Positions 20,483-30,119 of a stretch of DNA of 64,000 bases are shown here, in pieces. Below the pieces are notes generated by a model, which saw nothing but the letters and a program-made list of their open reading frames with translations, made no database searches and was not told where the DNA came from. Origin of the DNA: Candidatus Poribacteria bacterium. Its GTDB lineage: Bacteria; Poribacteria; WGA-4E; WGA-3G. The translations under genes were made by a program, and so were the position numbers. Each line of letters opens with the position of its first letter. Position 1 is the stretch's first letter. The stretch covers positions 1,024,001 through 1,088,000 of the forward strand of contig OZ244048.1 of the NCBI GenBank assembly GCA_965215265.1, written 5' to 3'.

Positions 20483-23400
20483 TTACTCGCCGCCGGCAAT
20501 ATCCCGTTTCGGGATGTTTTGCTCCTTCATATAGTTTAGAATTGCCTGGACTTGACGCTGTGCATATCTGAGTGCGTTTTGGACCGATGAGTCCACAGGC
20601 GGAGACGTTTCATATTTTGCCCACAGCAAATTAAAGTAATGCAGGGCCTCGTTGAAATACGTATCCTCCTGATCGGTTAGCACCATGTACGCGTCCCCTA
20701 TTTGTCCAAGTCCGAGGTCCCCGTACTTGGTATTGGGGTACTTCTCAACGATTTGTTTGAACGCATCAACGGCAGCTAAGACAGCAGGTTTTTGTTCTTC
20801 ACCGCGCGCTAATTTCGCTTCATTTAGCATTGTGCTTGCCGTATCATACTCGTAATACGCCAATGCACTCGCCGTATCGTTGAGATAGCTCAGTGCTGTA
20901 CCTTTGGATTCTGCACTGATACCCGGCGATTCTAACGCGCGAGAATAGTGATCTATTGCCATCTGATATAGGCTAATACGTTCGCTCTGATCCAAATCTG
21001 CTTCAGAGCCTGCATTGTAATACTTATTCCCGATATTAATCAGGGCATCTGCCGTGTAGATACTATTGGGATAATCCGCTGCAAGCGTCTCATTGGCTGC
21101 AAACAGCCTATCGTACCACTGCTGTTTTGCGTCTTCATCTCCTGCTTTCTCGGCTGCCTCGGCGAGGAGCTGGTAACAGGTTGAGATGGCGTACAACGAT
21201 TCGGCTGCACTCTTATGCGTCTTATTCACCGCCCGGACCTTATCGTACTCGGCAATTGCAGTCTCATATTGCTGTGAGGCATAGTAAGATTCCCCAACCT
21301 GATACTGCCAGAGGGCGGCATCGTTCGCACTCGGATAGCGGCGGACCATATCCCGGAATGCATCCGCTGCTGCGACAAAATAACTCACCGCTTTTTCGGA
21401 CATTTCACCGTCAAGCCCGACTTGCATCCGTCCGAGTTCAAAATTCGCGGAGGCGAGATAAGTCAGGGAGGTCTCCGTGTTTTTGGTTAGATTGGCGGAG
21501 TCAGATTTGGCGAAGAGCCCTTTATCCGCATAACTCACAAATGTTGTTAGCGGTGTCAAACAGCTGATGAGGTCTTCTTGTAAGGTTACGCCGGTCCCCA
21601 CGGAGTAGTAAATTTGTCCGGCTTGGAAGAGCGCGTTCTGAACGTAAGGGATGACAGTCTCTTTATGCGCTTGTTCAACGGGTGACGCGAGGGTATTGAC
21701 TTCAAAAAACGCGCCGGCGGCTTGACGACTGGCATCAATGTACGGTTGCAGGTCGGTGCCAGCTTCTGTTGAGAACAACGAACGTGCTTTGTCTGAATAC
21801 AAGAAGCCCAAATTGTATTGAGCCGCCACCTTTTCGCTGACTGTCGCCTTCGGATTTGCTTTCGTGCGGTCGAGTGCTTCAACCGCCTCAGCAATCGCCT
21901 CATTCAAACGCCCTGTTTCGACGTAGAGCGTTGAACGGCGAATGCCTGCGTCTGCTACCATTGAAGCAATGCTTGCATCCGTTGAACCACTATGTTCGGT
22001 AATCAACGTCTGGAATGCGTTTAATGCCTTGTCAGCCTCTTTGAGTCGTTCCTGATAGGTTAGGCCGATCCGGTAATAAGCTTGAGCTTGAATGATGGGC
22101 TCATTAACTAATTCAATAGCATTCTGGTACCCCATCAATGCTTCAGTATAGTTCTGGAGTTGCTCGTCTAGTGCGAACGCCATAGCGAAATAGGAACGGC
22201 CCTTCAGATTGGTGTTCTCGGTGTTCTCAATAATATATTGATATTCCTTGACAGCATCAGCATGATTGCCGAGTGTGCCGTTAAGTTCCGCGAGTCTGGA
22301 ATGCGCCTGGAAGATGAGAGTTTTCCTGTTTTCATCTTCGGTTTGGCCTTCTAAGGCCGTAACCTGCTTGAATGCATCGGCTGCGCCTTGCGGATCCTCT
22401 AACCCGATTTTTGCCAAGCCTTCGGTGTAGCTCGCGCTGATACGGTTGTCAGCATCGTCGGTGAGAGTTGCGACTTTTTGTGCAGTGCTAACCGTATTTT
22501 GCAGTGCAAGCTGCTTTGTTCCCTGATCTGCTGCTGCTTGTGCGATTTGGTAATAGCAGACGGCCGCCTGATACTGTGCGTTCGCTGCCAATTCACTCTG
22601 CGGGAACGTTTCAACGAAACTGAGGTACTCAGCGAGTGCTTCGTCGTAGCGTTTCGCGCCGTAGTAGGTATGCCCAATTTTGAGTTGCGACCGGCTCCGT
22701 GCCTCTTCCGGCGCACCAACGTTGTCCACGATGCGCTTAAGTGATACGACGAGCGAGTCAATATCAACGTTCTCAGTCGTATTTTCGATTGCAGTGACTT
22801 TAATCAACTCAATCTGTCCGAGCGTGCGCTGAATCGGTTCATTGTCACTCGCCATATATTTTTCGTTGGCTTGCTCAGCGACTTGCATCACGAGTGGCCA
22901 TTTTTCAGTATCGCCATGTTTTTGGGCTGCATCACGATAGGCAAGCGCGAGCCCGTAGTATGCCTCGATGGCATTCGGGCTGTTTTCATATTCGGAGATC
23001 ACGCGTTGGAATGCTGTCTCGGCTTGCGCAATAAACGACGCATCGTCTGCACTTGCATGGTAGTAGCAGAGCCCTACGAGATAGAGCGCGTCGTCCGCAT
23101 ATTCGCCTGTTGGATTCCCATCCACAACCGCCTGGTATTGCAGAGCCGCTTCTTGGTACCGTTTTTCAGCACGGAGCAAGTCTGCCAGTTTAATCTCTGC
23201 CAACGAACGATTGTCGTCATTCGCGAGTTTATCCAAAACCGAGTTGTAATAGTTAATCGCGCCTTCTTTGTCCCCCTCTTTGACGTAGCTGTTTGCAACG
23301 AGGAGTAGTGCACGTTCATAGTATTCACTCGTTTCAGGGATCGATGCGTACCGGTTGCGTGCCTGCTGCCAATCACCAAGCATCTCGTGCGAGAGTGCTT

Positions 23401-25201
23401 CGTTCATGATACAAGCTTCCACTTGTGCAATACGTTCGGGGAAGTCGTCGTAACGTTCTTCTGCCACACCGGGGAGGAATGCGTCGTCGTTAAACATGCC
23501 GATAGCATCTTGATACGCAGCAACAGATCTCTGAAGGTAATCGGTATTGAAATCGGCTTCGGTGTCGCCCTCCTGATAGCCTTCGGGCGTTGCGGCTTCA
23601 TAGTATGAGCGCCCTTCAAAGAATTTGCCCATCAGTTTCACGAGATGGAATTTGGGCAGATTCCGGTACTCCCACAACTTTGCATACTCTTCTGCAGCTT
23701 CAATATACTGTTTAAATTCCTGACGTTTAATATCCGCAAAACGGAGTTGGACCTCTGCTGCGAGGATATCAAATTCGTTGTCGTTCTTGTTTTTGTCAAT
23801 AAACTCGCGTGCGACTGTCTCCAATTCTTCCTTCCGTCCTAAGTCGTTGAGTGCCCAGATAGCGCCGTAGAGCGCGTGGGGGGCAACAGGGTCCTCAGGG
23901 AACTGGTCGATAGTTTTCTGATACCAAGACAAGGCGAGTTCCAACGTTGCGGTTCCCTGTTCAGATTCGCCTGCTTCCCGCTGCTGGGTCCCCAGTTTAT
24001 AATAGGACTCGCCAATCTGATAGGAACAGTATGGAATAAAACCGGTGGAGTCTTTATCCTCGTTATCGTCAGGGTCTTGATGCTCGTTAATGACGCGTTC
24101 GTATGCAGCACTGGCTTCACTCCATGCGTCGAGCCGGAAGTGGCTGTCGGCAATACCGAGTTTGGCTTCGGCAATAAACTCGCTTTCCGGATATTCTTCT
24201 AACAGGGTGGTGTATGATACAATCGCGTTTTCATAGTCACCTTGGTCGTAGTATGTCCGGCCGATTGCGGACTGAATCTCGGATTGGAGGATCCGGTCTG
24301 CGGTATTTTGCAGCGCCAACTCGTAGTTGACACGTGCGTTGTCGTAGTCTTTCTGGCGGGCGTAAATCGCACCTTGGTCAAAATAGGCCGCAGTAACATA
24401 CTGACTCTCTGGGAACTGCGTGATGAAGTTCGTATAGCGTCCAATCGACTCATCATCCCGCCCGAGTTGATTTAGACTATATGCCGCTTTATACATCGCT
24501 TCCGCTTGCAGGTCCGGGTAATTTTTAAACTCCTCCGTAGCAATCTTATCAAACTCCTGGTACGCCTGCTCATAGTTTGTCTCATTCAGGAATGACTGCG
24601 CAATCAGGTGCTGTGCATCGTCCTTAAATTCTGAGTTAGGGAAGCCGTCAAGTACCTGTTTAAAGGCTTGTCTGGACTCTTCATAATTTTGCAGCTTATA
24701 GTTCAATTGCCCGATAGCGTACCAAGCATTCTCCACAAACAGACTGTTCGGAAAGTTTTGAATCAGCTGCATAAATTTCGGCTCAGCGAGTTCAAACTGC
24801 TCTGTTCTGTAGAGAATATGCCCCCAGAGATAGGTTAACCCCTCCTGATGTTTGGGTATCGTTGCTGTCGGGGCAACTTTCTCAATATACTCAATCGAGG
24901 TGTCGTAGTAGTTGAAATCCTCGGATTGTTCGGCAAGTCGTGAGTAGCTTACCGCGATTTTATAGTTTGCCAGCGTAGGGAAATCTTTGTCAATCACTTC
25001 CGTTTTCACGCCGCGTTTGGTTGATTCTTCAAGGGCTTCGCCGTATTTGGCAATAGCACCCTCGTAATCGGCTTGGCCGTAGAGATCCTCTGCGTCTTGA
25101 AAGAGTTGCTCGACCTTTTTGGAGCTACCCATCATAAACGGTGACAAGAGGGCAACAACCAAAGCCACGCCGCCAATAATTCCCAAAAGTCTTGGGTTCA
25201 T
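20483..25201 (-). CDS. Large membrane-anchored TPR repeat protein
   Basis: N-terminal TM helix, then many 'A.Y..G..Y.....Y..A...F...I..FP.S' repeats; start set at ATG 25201 with AAGGAG RBS. Confidence 0.88.
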   Translation of the reverse strand: MNPRLLGIIGGVALVVALLSPFMMGSSKKVEQLFQDAEDLYGQADYEGAIAKYGEALEESTKRGVKTEVIDKDFPTLANYKIAVSYSRLAEQSEDFNYYDTSIEYIEKVAPTATIPKHQEGLTYLWGHILYRTEQFELAEPKFMQLIQNFPNSLFVENAWYAIGQLNYKLQNYEESRQAFKQVLDGFPNSEFKDDAQHLIAQSFLNETNYEQAYQEFDKIATEEFKNYPDLQAEAMYKAAYSLNQLGRDDESIGRYTNFITQFPESQYVTAAYFDQGAIYARQKDYDNARVNYELALQNTADRILQSEIQSAIGRTYYDQGDYENAIVSYTTLLEEYPESEFIAEAKLGIADSHFRLDAWSEASAAYERVINEHQDPDDNEDKDSTGFIPYCSYQIGESYYKLGTQQREAGESEQGTATLELALSWYQKTIDQFPEDPVAPHALYGAIWALNDLGRKEELETVAREFIDKNKNDNEFDILAAEVQLRFADIKRQEFKQYIEAAEEYAKLWEYRNLPKFHLVKLMGKFFEGRSYYEAATPEGYQEGDTEADFNTDYLQRSVAAYQDAIGMFNDDAFLPGVAEERYDDFPERIAQVEACIMNEALSHEMLGDWQQARNRYASIPETSEYYERALLLVANSYVKEGDKEGAINYYNSVLDKLANDDNRSLAEIKLADLLRAEKRYQEAALQYQAVVDGNPTGEYADDALYLVGLCYYHASADDASFIAQAETAFQRVISEYENSPNAIEAYYGLALAYRDAAQKHGDTEKWPLVMQVAEQANEKYMASDNEPIQRTLGQIELIKVTAIENTTENVDIDSLVVSLKRIVDNVGAPEEARSRSQLKIGHTYYGAKRYDEALAEYLSFVETFPQSELAANAQYQAAVCYYQIAQAAADQGTKQLALQNTVSTAQKVATLTDDADNRISASYTEGLAKIGLEDPQGAADAFKQVTALEGQTEDENRKTLIFQAHSRLAELNGTLGNHADAVKEYQYIIENTENTNLKGRSYFAMAFALDEQLQNYTEALMGYQNAIELVNEPIIQAQAYYRIGLTYQERLKEADKALNAFQTLITEHSGSTDASIASMVADAGIRRSTLYVETGRLNEAIAEAVEALDRTKANPKATVSEKVAAQYNLGFLYSDKARSLFSTEAGTDLQPYIDASRQAAGAFFEVNTLASPVEQAHKETVIPYVQNALFQAGQIYYSVGTGVTLQEDLISCLTPLTTFVSYADKGLFAKSDSANLTKNTETSLTYLASANFELGRMQVGLDGEMSEKAVSYFVAAADAFRDMVRRYPSANDAALWQYQVGESYYASQQYETAIAEYDKVRAVNKTHKSAAESLYAISTCYQLLAEAAEKAGDEDAKQQWYDRLFAANETLAADYPNSIYTADALINIGNKYYNAGSEADLDQSERISLYQMAIDHYSRALESPGISAESKGTALSYLNDTASALAYYEYDTASTMLNEAKLARGEEQKPAVLAAVDAFKQIVEKYPNTKYGDLGLGQIGDAYMVLTDQEDTYFNEALHYFNLLWAKYETSPPVDSSVQNALRYAQRQVQAILNYMKEQNIPKRDIAGGE

Positions 25202-25273
25202 CTGTTTCTCCTTTTTTGCACTGAGTATAAATGAAAAACCGTTGATTTTCATTTATATCTATTTTAACTATAG

Positions 25274-26230
25274 TTAGATTGAATCATAAACCTCTGTCAA
25301 AGAGAGTGTTTCTAATAAAACCAATTTCCGGGCGAATCCCATCTGCTCAAACCGTGCGTGCAAGCCGTGCCCTAAACTGTCACGCTGTTTCCGCTCATAG
25401 CGATGTAGGATAGGTTCATCACTGATTCCACGCGACACGAAGAGCCAATATGCCTTTTCGTGCAAGAGCATGCCGCGAGACGGAAGCGACAAAGCACCGG
25501 TTGGAATCTCTGCCATAACAAGTAGCTCTGAATTGCTGTCACTGTTTTCATCGCTTCCGAGAGAGAGCACCGTTCCATCTGCAACCGGGGCATCGGTAAT
25601 TCGCCACATATTCGTGTGATGCGGTGTTGGTGTCTTCGTTTCTAACGTAGTGTCTTCCGTTCGCAGAGTCTGCAAACCGCGCGAGACGTGATGCCGCTCA
25701 CTTCCAACAGATTCAGGTGGAAGAACTACCAACTGCTTCTCTCCACCCTGAACCATTGCAGTACCATGCATTGATGTAGGCAAGCGCGAGGATTCTTTTG
25801 TGAGCAGCAGTGTGGCTACACATAGTGTTGCCATGGCTATAGTCAGCGCATATAGAGGTAACGTGCGATTATTTATCAAAACGTCTTGAACCACACGGGT
25901 GCCTGCAAAGCACCGGTAAATGCGCGTCAACAGCAGCCATGCAATACGGGCACCGCCTATATAGACGCGGCGATATAGTACCATCGGTGGCATTTGCTCG
26001 ACGCGCCGCTGAAGCTTCCCGGAAAACCGAACATAGTAATCTTCTGGTGCATCAGGGACAGTATAGAAATCTTCAATCAAGGCACGCGCCCGCTTTAACG
26101 CCGCTAACTCACGACGACATATTGGACAAGCACGCAGATGCAAATCAACTAAAGAGCGCTGCCGCTTCGAAAGACACTCATCCATATAGTCAGAGAAATA
26201 CCCCTGAATCTTATTGCACACTATTTTCAT
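25274..26230 (-). CDS. Zinc-finger (zf-HC2) anti-sigma factor
   Basis: C....F..Y.D...HLRAC..C, TM segment; downstream of an ECF sigma gene. Confidence 0.8.
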   Translation of the reverse strand: MKIVCNKIQGYFSDYMDECLSKRQRSLVDLHLRACPICRRELAALKRARALIEDFYTVPDAPEDYYVRFSGKLQRRVEQMPPMVLYRRVYIGGARIAWLLLTRIYRCFAGTRVVQDVLINNRTLPLYALTIAMATLCVATLLLTKESSRLPTSMHGTAMVQGGEKQLVVLPPESVGSERHHVSRGLQTLRTEDTTLETKTPTPHHTNMWRITDAPVADGTVLSLGSDENSDSNSELLVMAEIPTGALSLPSRGMLLHEKAYWLFVSRGISDEPILHRYERKQRDSLGHGLHARFEQMGFARKLVLLETLSLTEVYDSI

Positions 26231-26319
26231 TTTTTTATCGTTCCCAAATACGGTTTATTTGGCTGGAATCTCAGCCTGTTGATTGTGCTGGAGATATTCT
26301 CGCCAGTTAACCTCCGCGG

Positions 26320-26910
26320 TTACTCAGGATCTGCACACGCATCTACATACGGTTTAAGCAAAGTCCGAAGTCGTTTTCGTGCATAGTGTAAGCGCGAACG
26401 CACGGTGCCTTCAGAGCAATTCAAAATCGCAGATATTTCCTCGTGTGTAAACCCTTCAAAATCATGCAAAATAACAACAGTGCGATGCTTAAGCGAGAGA
26501 CTCTTTACTGCCTCCGTAACCCAATGCCGTAATTCTGCTTGTTCTGCAAGAAGGTGCGGATCGCTTGCAACGGTGGTCCTGTAACGCTCCACCGGATCGA
26601 TAGCCGCCTCTGTTATCGTCTCAAATGAACATTCGCGGTGCCCATCGCGTCGTTTAACGAAGTTGAGGGCTTCATTCACCGCAATGCGATAAAGCCAAGT
26701 CTCAAAAGCTGCATCTTGACGAAAAGCGTGAATGGACTGATATACCTTAATAAAGGTGTTCTGCATCACATCGTCTGCATCTTCGTGATTGCGGGTAATC
26801 TGCATGGCGAGACGATAAACCTTGCGTTTATACTTTTCTACCAGGACGGCTAATGCGGTTTCATCTCCTTCGCAGAGATCAACAATGAGCAACGCTTCGG
26901 TTCTTTCCAC
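26320..26910 (-). CDS. ECF RNA polymerase sigma factor
   Basis: DADDVMQNTF, FETWLYRIAVN (region 2); EEIS.IL....GTVRSRL (region 4); GTG start with AAGGAG RBS. Confidence 0.93.
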   Translation of the reverse strand: MERTEALLIVDLCEGDETALAVLVEKYKRKVYRLAMQITRNHEDADDVMQNTFIKVYQSIHAFRQDAAFETWLYRIAVNEALNFVKRRDGHRECSFETITEAAIDPVERYRTTVASDPHLLAEQAELRHWVTEAVKSLSLKHRTVVILHDFEGFTHEEISAILNCSEGTVRSRLHYARKRLRTLLKPYVDACADPE

Positions 26911-27223
26911 CGAATTTTTCTCCTTCGATAGTTACACTGAGAAAATGCTTCTACAGGCTTCTGATTCATTAGACAACAACTTTTCAAAAACCGTTCAATT
27001 TTTTTTGATGTTTTTCAAGATAAGATGGGTGACCTAACATAGGTTTGCAACCGCCCACCTAAATATCAATAATACCATTATAGCATTAATACAAAAATTA
27101 TAGAGAAAAAAATATTTGTACGTACTAACAAAGATGATTTTCTTGGTATGAACGTTTGACTTTCAATCTCGCGTGAGATTTTCTGGCCGGACTAAGCGGG
27201 TTTCAATGAAAATGAGAAGGCAG

Positions 27224-27257
27224 AAAAAAAGGGCAGTGTATCAAAGATACACTACCC
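27224..27257 (-). terminator. Intrinsic terminator of the Ig-like lipoprotein gene
   Basis: Stem gggcagtgtatc/gatacactaccc with A7 on + (U-tract on -). Confidence 0.8.
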
Positions 27258-27280
27258 TGGTAAGCGAAATAGCCTCAAAC

Positions 27281-27937
27281 TTACTCTTTACCTTTTGTAA
27301 CAAAGGTGACACTGACTTCAAGTTCATTGCCGGCAGCATCTTTGACTGTCCCTGCGATAACGTAGGTAGTCTCGTTGCCGATTTCTTTGCCTTTGACAAG
27401 TTCAAGTGTGCCTGTGGTACCTTCAACCGTGCCAAGCCAGCCGACATCGTCGCCGCCTTCAGTCTGCAAGGCGATATTACCAGTTACCTCTTCGCTGAAG
27501 GTAATCTCGATCTTAGCATCAGTGTTAATCGCCTCAGGATCGACATCCTTATCACCGTCTTTAACGGTACCGCCTGTGACGGTGGGAGGAGCAGTATCCG
27601 GTGCTGTGACGTTATAATTCAACGTGTGGCTTCCTCCGCCATTTTCCCAAGAAAGTGAGAGAGCAAGTGCCCCAGCGGTAAAGGGGCCGGAAATTGTTCG
27701 GCTTTTCCCCGCACCTGAAACGTCACCAGCACTGGCAGTTACAGCACCCGGATCGTTGTCAAAGACAACCGTAATACTTCCATTTGCTGCAAGGTCACCA
27801 CTGGCTGGTGTTGCACTGACAAACGCTGCATCTTGAACTTCTTCCTCATCATCATCGCTATCACCACCACAGCCAATCATGTAAACGGCAAGAAAACCTG
27901 CCATCAGTAAAGCTAAGGTTCTAAACATTTTTTTCAT
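27281..27937 (-). CDS. Lipoprotein with bacterial Ig-like (Big_5-type) domains
   Basis: MIGC lipobox, acidic linker, DTAPPTV...I.ITFSE.V...Y.I...VKDAAGN; AAGGAG RBS. Confidence 0.78.
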   Translation of the reverse strand: MKKMFRTLALLMAGFLAVYMIGCGGDSDDDEEEVQDAAFVSATPASGDLAANGSITVVFDNDPGAVTASAGDVSGAGKSRTISGPFTAGALALSLSWENGGGSHTLNYNVTAPDTAPPTVTGGTVKDGDKDVDPEAINTDAKIEITFSEEVTGNIALQTEGGDDVGWLGTVEGTTGTLELVKGKEIGNETTYVIAGTVKDAAGNELEVSVTFVTKGKE

Positions 27938-28322
27938 TGCAGTTAACTCCTTAAATTTAAGGTTTATCAAAATGTGCCTATAAGAAATAGGCATCCTAAA
28001 AACTTTCGGTGATTTCCCTTATGGGCCCACACGACGTAACATCGGAAGCCTGCAAACTTCACTTTACATGTACCCATGGGGAAAATTGATTTCATGCCTG
28101 CTATTGCTTGTACAATTCAACAGCAGCGTTAAAAATCATCTATTAATTATATCCTCATAAAGTCGAGTCATGTTGGGCTATTTCGTTTGTTGTCCACTGC
28201 GAGATGCCAGCGGACAAACTGACACGTTGAGAACAAAACTTCGCGAGAGCTGACATTGTTAAAACACCATTGGATTGTCAGTCACCCCGCCCGAAAGTTA
28301 CTATTCAAACGAGTACTTTAAA

Positions 28323-28484
28323 GTTTAGCAAAAACTGCAAACTTTGTCAAGGTAAATTCGTAAGATGGGCTTGAAAAATTCACCCACTTCGGATTTTCTC
28401 AAATAATTATACAAAAATTCTCTATTTTTGTCAAGAGAAAACTTAGTTTGAAGATAAGTTTACCAGAATTTAAAACGTTGTCAA
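28323..28484 (-). promoter_or_regulatory. Three tandem sigma70-type promoters
   Basis: On - strand, proximal to distal: TTGACA-17-TAAACT, TTGACA-17-TATAAT, TTGACA-16-TAAACT. Confidence 0.75.
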
Positions 28485-28941
28485 GAGAAAAAAGGTACAC
28501 GTTTTCCCAAATTCGGTTTAGTGACACGTATAACGACTTGTGCTAGTTCGTTTTTTTGTTATACGCTATTTGAGAAATTGATGGCTTCATTCGCTTTGGG
28601 TGACAGTATACCTTAGCAGCAGCGGTGGTGCAACTGAAAATAAACCATGCACCTTTAAGTAACGTTGCCGGTGTTTGTCAGAATATCAGGAAAACGTTTT
28701 ATGGGACTGACTTTCCAACAGCCGCGGTGTGCTGTCCTCCACCCTCGAAATCAACAAAGAAAATATGCATGTATTTTTAGGCGTTACTATAACTAGCGCA
28801 AATCTTAAATATAGTATACCATCATTGAAAATAAAAAGCAAATTTTTCGGATCTGTTTTCAAAAAAGGCTTTTTTGGCATAAGTGTCTGCCTATAGTTAT
28901 TGGCATAAATTTGCTTAGACAGATTTGAAAACTTACCCATT

Positions 28942-29910
28942 TTAATCAAAAAATGTCATTTGCTCACTGGAGACATCATCGATTTGCTTTTCTAAAAGTT
29001 CAGGATGCTTTAAAGCCTCTACAACGTTGGCGGCTTCATTTAGCAAAAACGGCTGCGCGCCGGTATTTATCAGTTCTCGCGGTCCCTCACTGAATTCGTG
29101 CTGCGTTTCCCATTGACAGGCAAATACCGGACATCCTTGGCGCCGTGCGTAGCGCGCCGTGTGCATCGCCCCCCCTGTTTTCTGTGATTCGACGACGATT
29201 GTTGCGATAGAAAGGCCACTGATAATCCGATTCCGCAGAATAAAATTGCCGGGCGACAGCGGAGTCGGAAACGGATGCTCTGAAAAAAGACAGCCCGTCT
29301 CACAAATTCGCGCAGCGAGCTCGCTATTTGTAGGCGGATAAAAAGATTTTGGTGACAAATCTGTCGGCAGCACTGCCACGGTTTTTCCATCTACTGCTAA
29401 TGCTGCATAGTGGGCATTCGTATCAATCCCATCTGCGAGCCCGCTCACAACGGTAAATCCGGAGAGAACGAGGTATGTGGCAAGTTCCAGCGTTAACTGA
29501 ATCCCAGCACTTGTCGGCTGCCTACACCCAACAATTGCAACACATCGCTCGTCGACTTCCGATACTTTGCCGACTCTACACAGAATTGCGGGTGCATCAG
29601 GGACAGCCTTGAGCTGCGCGGGGTAAGTGCGATCTTCAAGACAGAGTACCTCTATATCTTGGCTATTCAGCGTTTGTAGTTTCTCTTGTAACGTTGAGAA
29701 TTTTCGTGACACGGTAAGTATCCGTGTCGCTAAAACAGGATTGAAGGACGGCAATTGTGCGATTTCGGCTAACTCCGCCTCAAAAATGTTCGCTACACTT
29801 CCGAAACGTGCTATCAGCCGTTTTATCCGAATGCTACCGAGTCCATCAACGGAAGCAAGTGCGAACCAGTATTCCAATCGAGCTTTCTCTTTTGCGTGCG
29901 ACATACTCAT
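28942..29910 (-). CDS. dprA: DNA-processing protein DprA/Smf
   Basis: YPAQLK.VPDAP, VAIVG.R, VVSGLADGID, RNRIISGLS, VVES...GG. Confidence 0.92.
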   Translation of the reverse strand: MSMSHAKEKARLEYWFALASVDGLGSIRIKRLIARFGSVANIFEAELAEIAQLPSFNPVLATRILTVSRKFSTLQEKLQTLNSQDIEVLCLEDRTYPAQLKAVPDAPAILCRVGKVSEVDERCVAIVGCRQPTSAGIQLTLELATYLVLSGFTVVSGLADGIDTNAHYAALAVDGKTVAVLPTDLSPKSFYPPTNSELAARICETGCLFSEHPFPTPLSPGNFILRNRIISGLSIATIVVESQKTGGAMHTARYARRQGCPVFACQWETQHEFSEGPRELINTGAQPFLLNEAANVVEALKHPELLEKQIDDVSSEQMTFFD

Positions 29911-30119
29911 TCATATCGTGTAACTATAGTAATTACGAGCAAATTTTGCAACACCAAATCCCAGAATTATCCTTTTTATAGTCGTGCAGGCATTAATATC
30001 GGCAAAAAACGCACTCAGGTTTTCCAGCAATAGTTTGGCACAGGTTCCCAGACAAGCGCCTGCCTTCTAGTGCACCATAGAAAACAGTGTAGCATAATAG
30101 TGAAATCAATTCAACAAAA

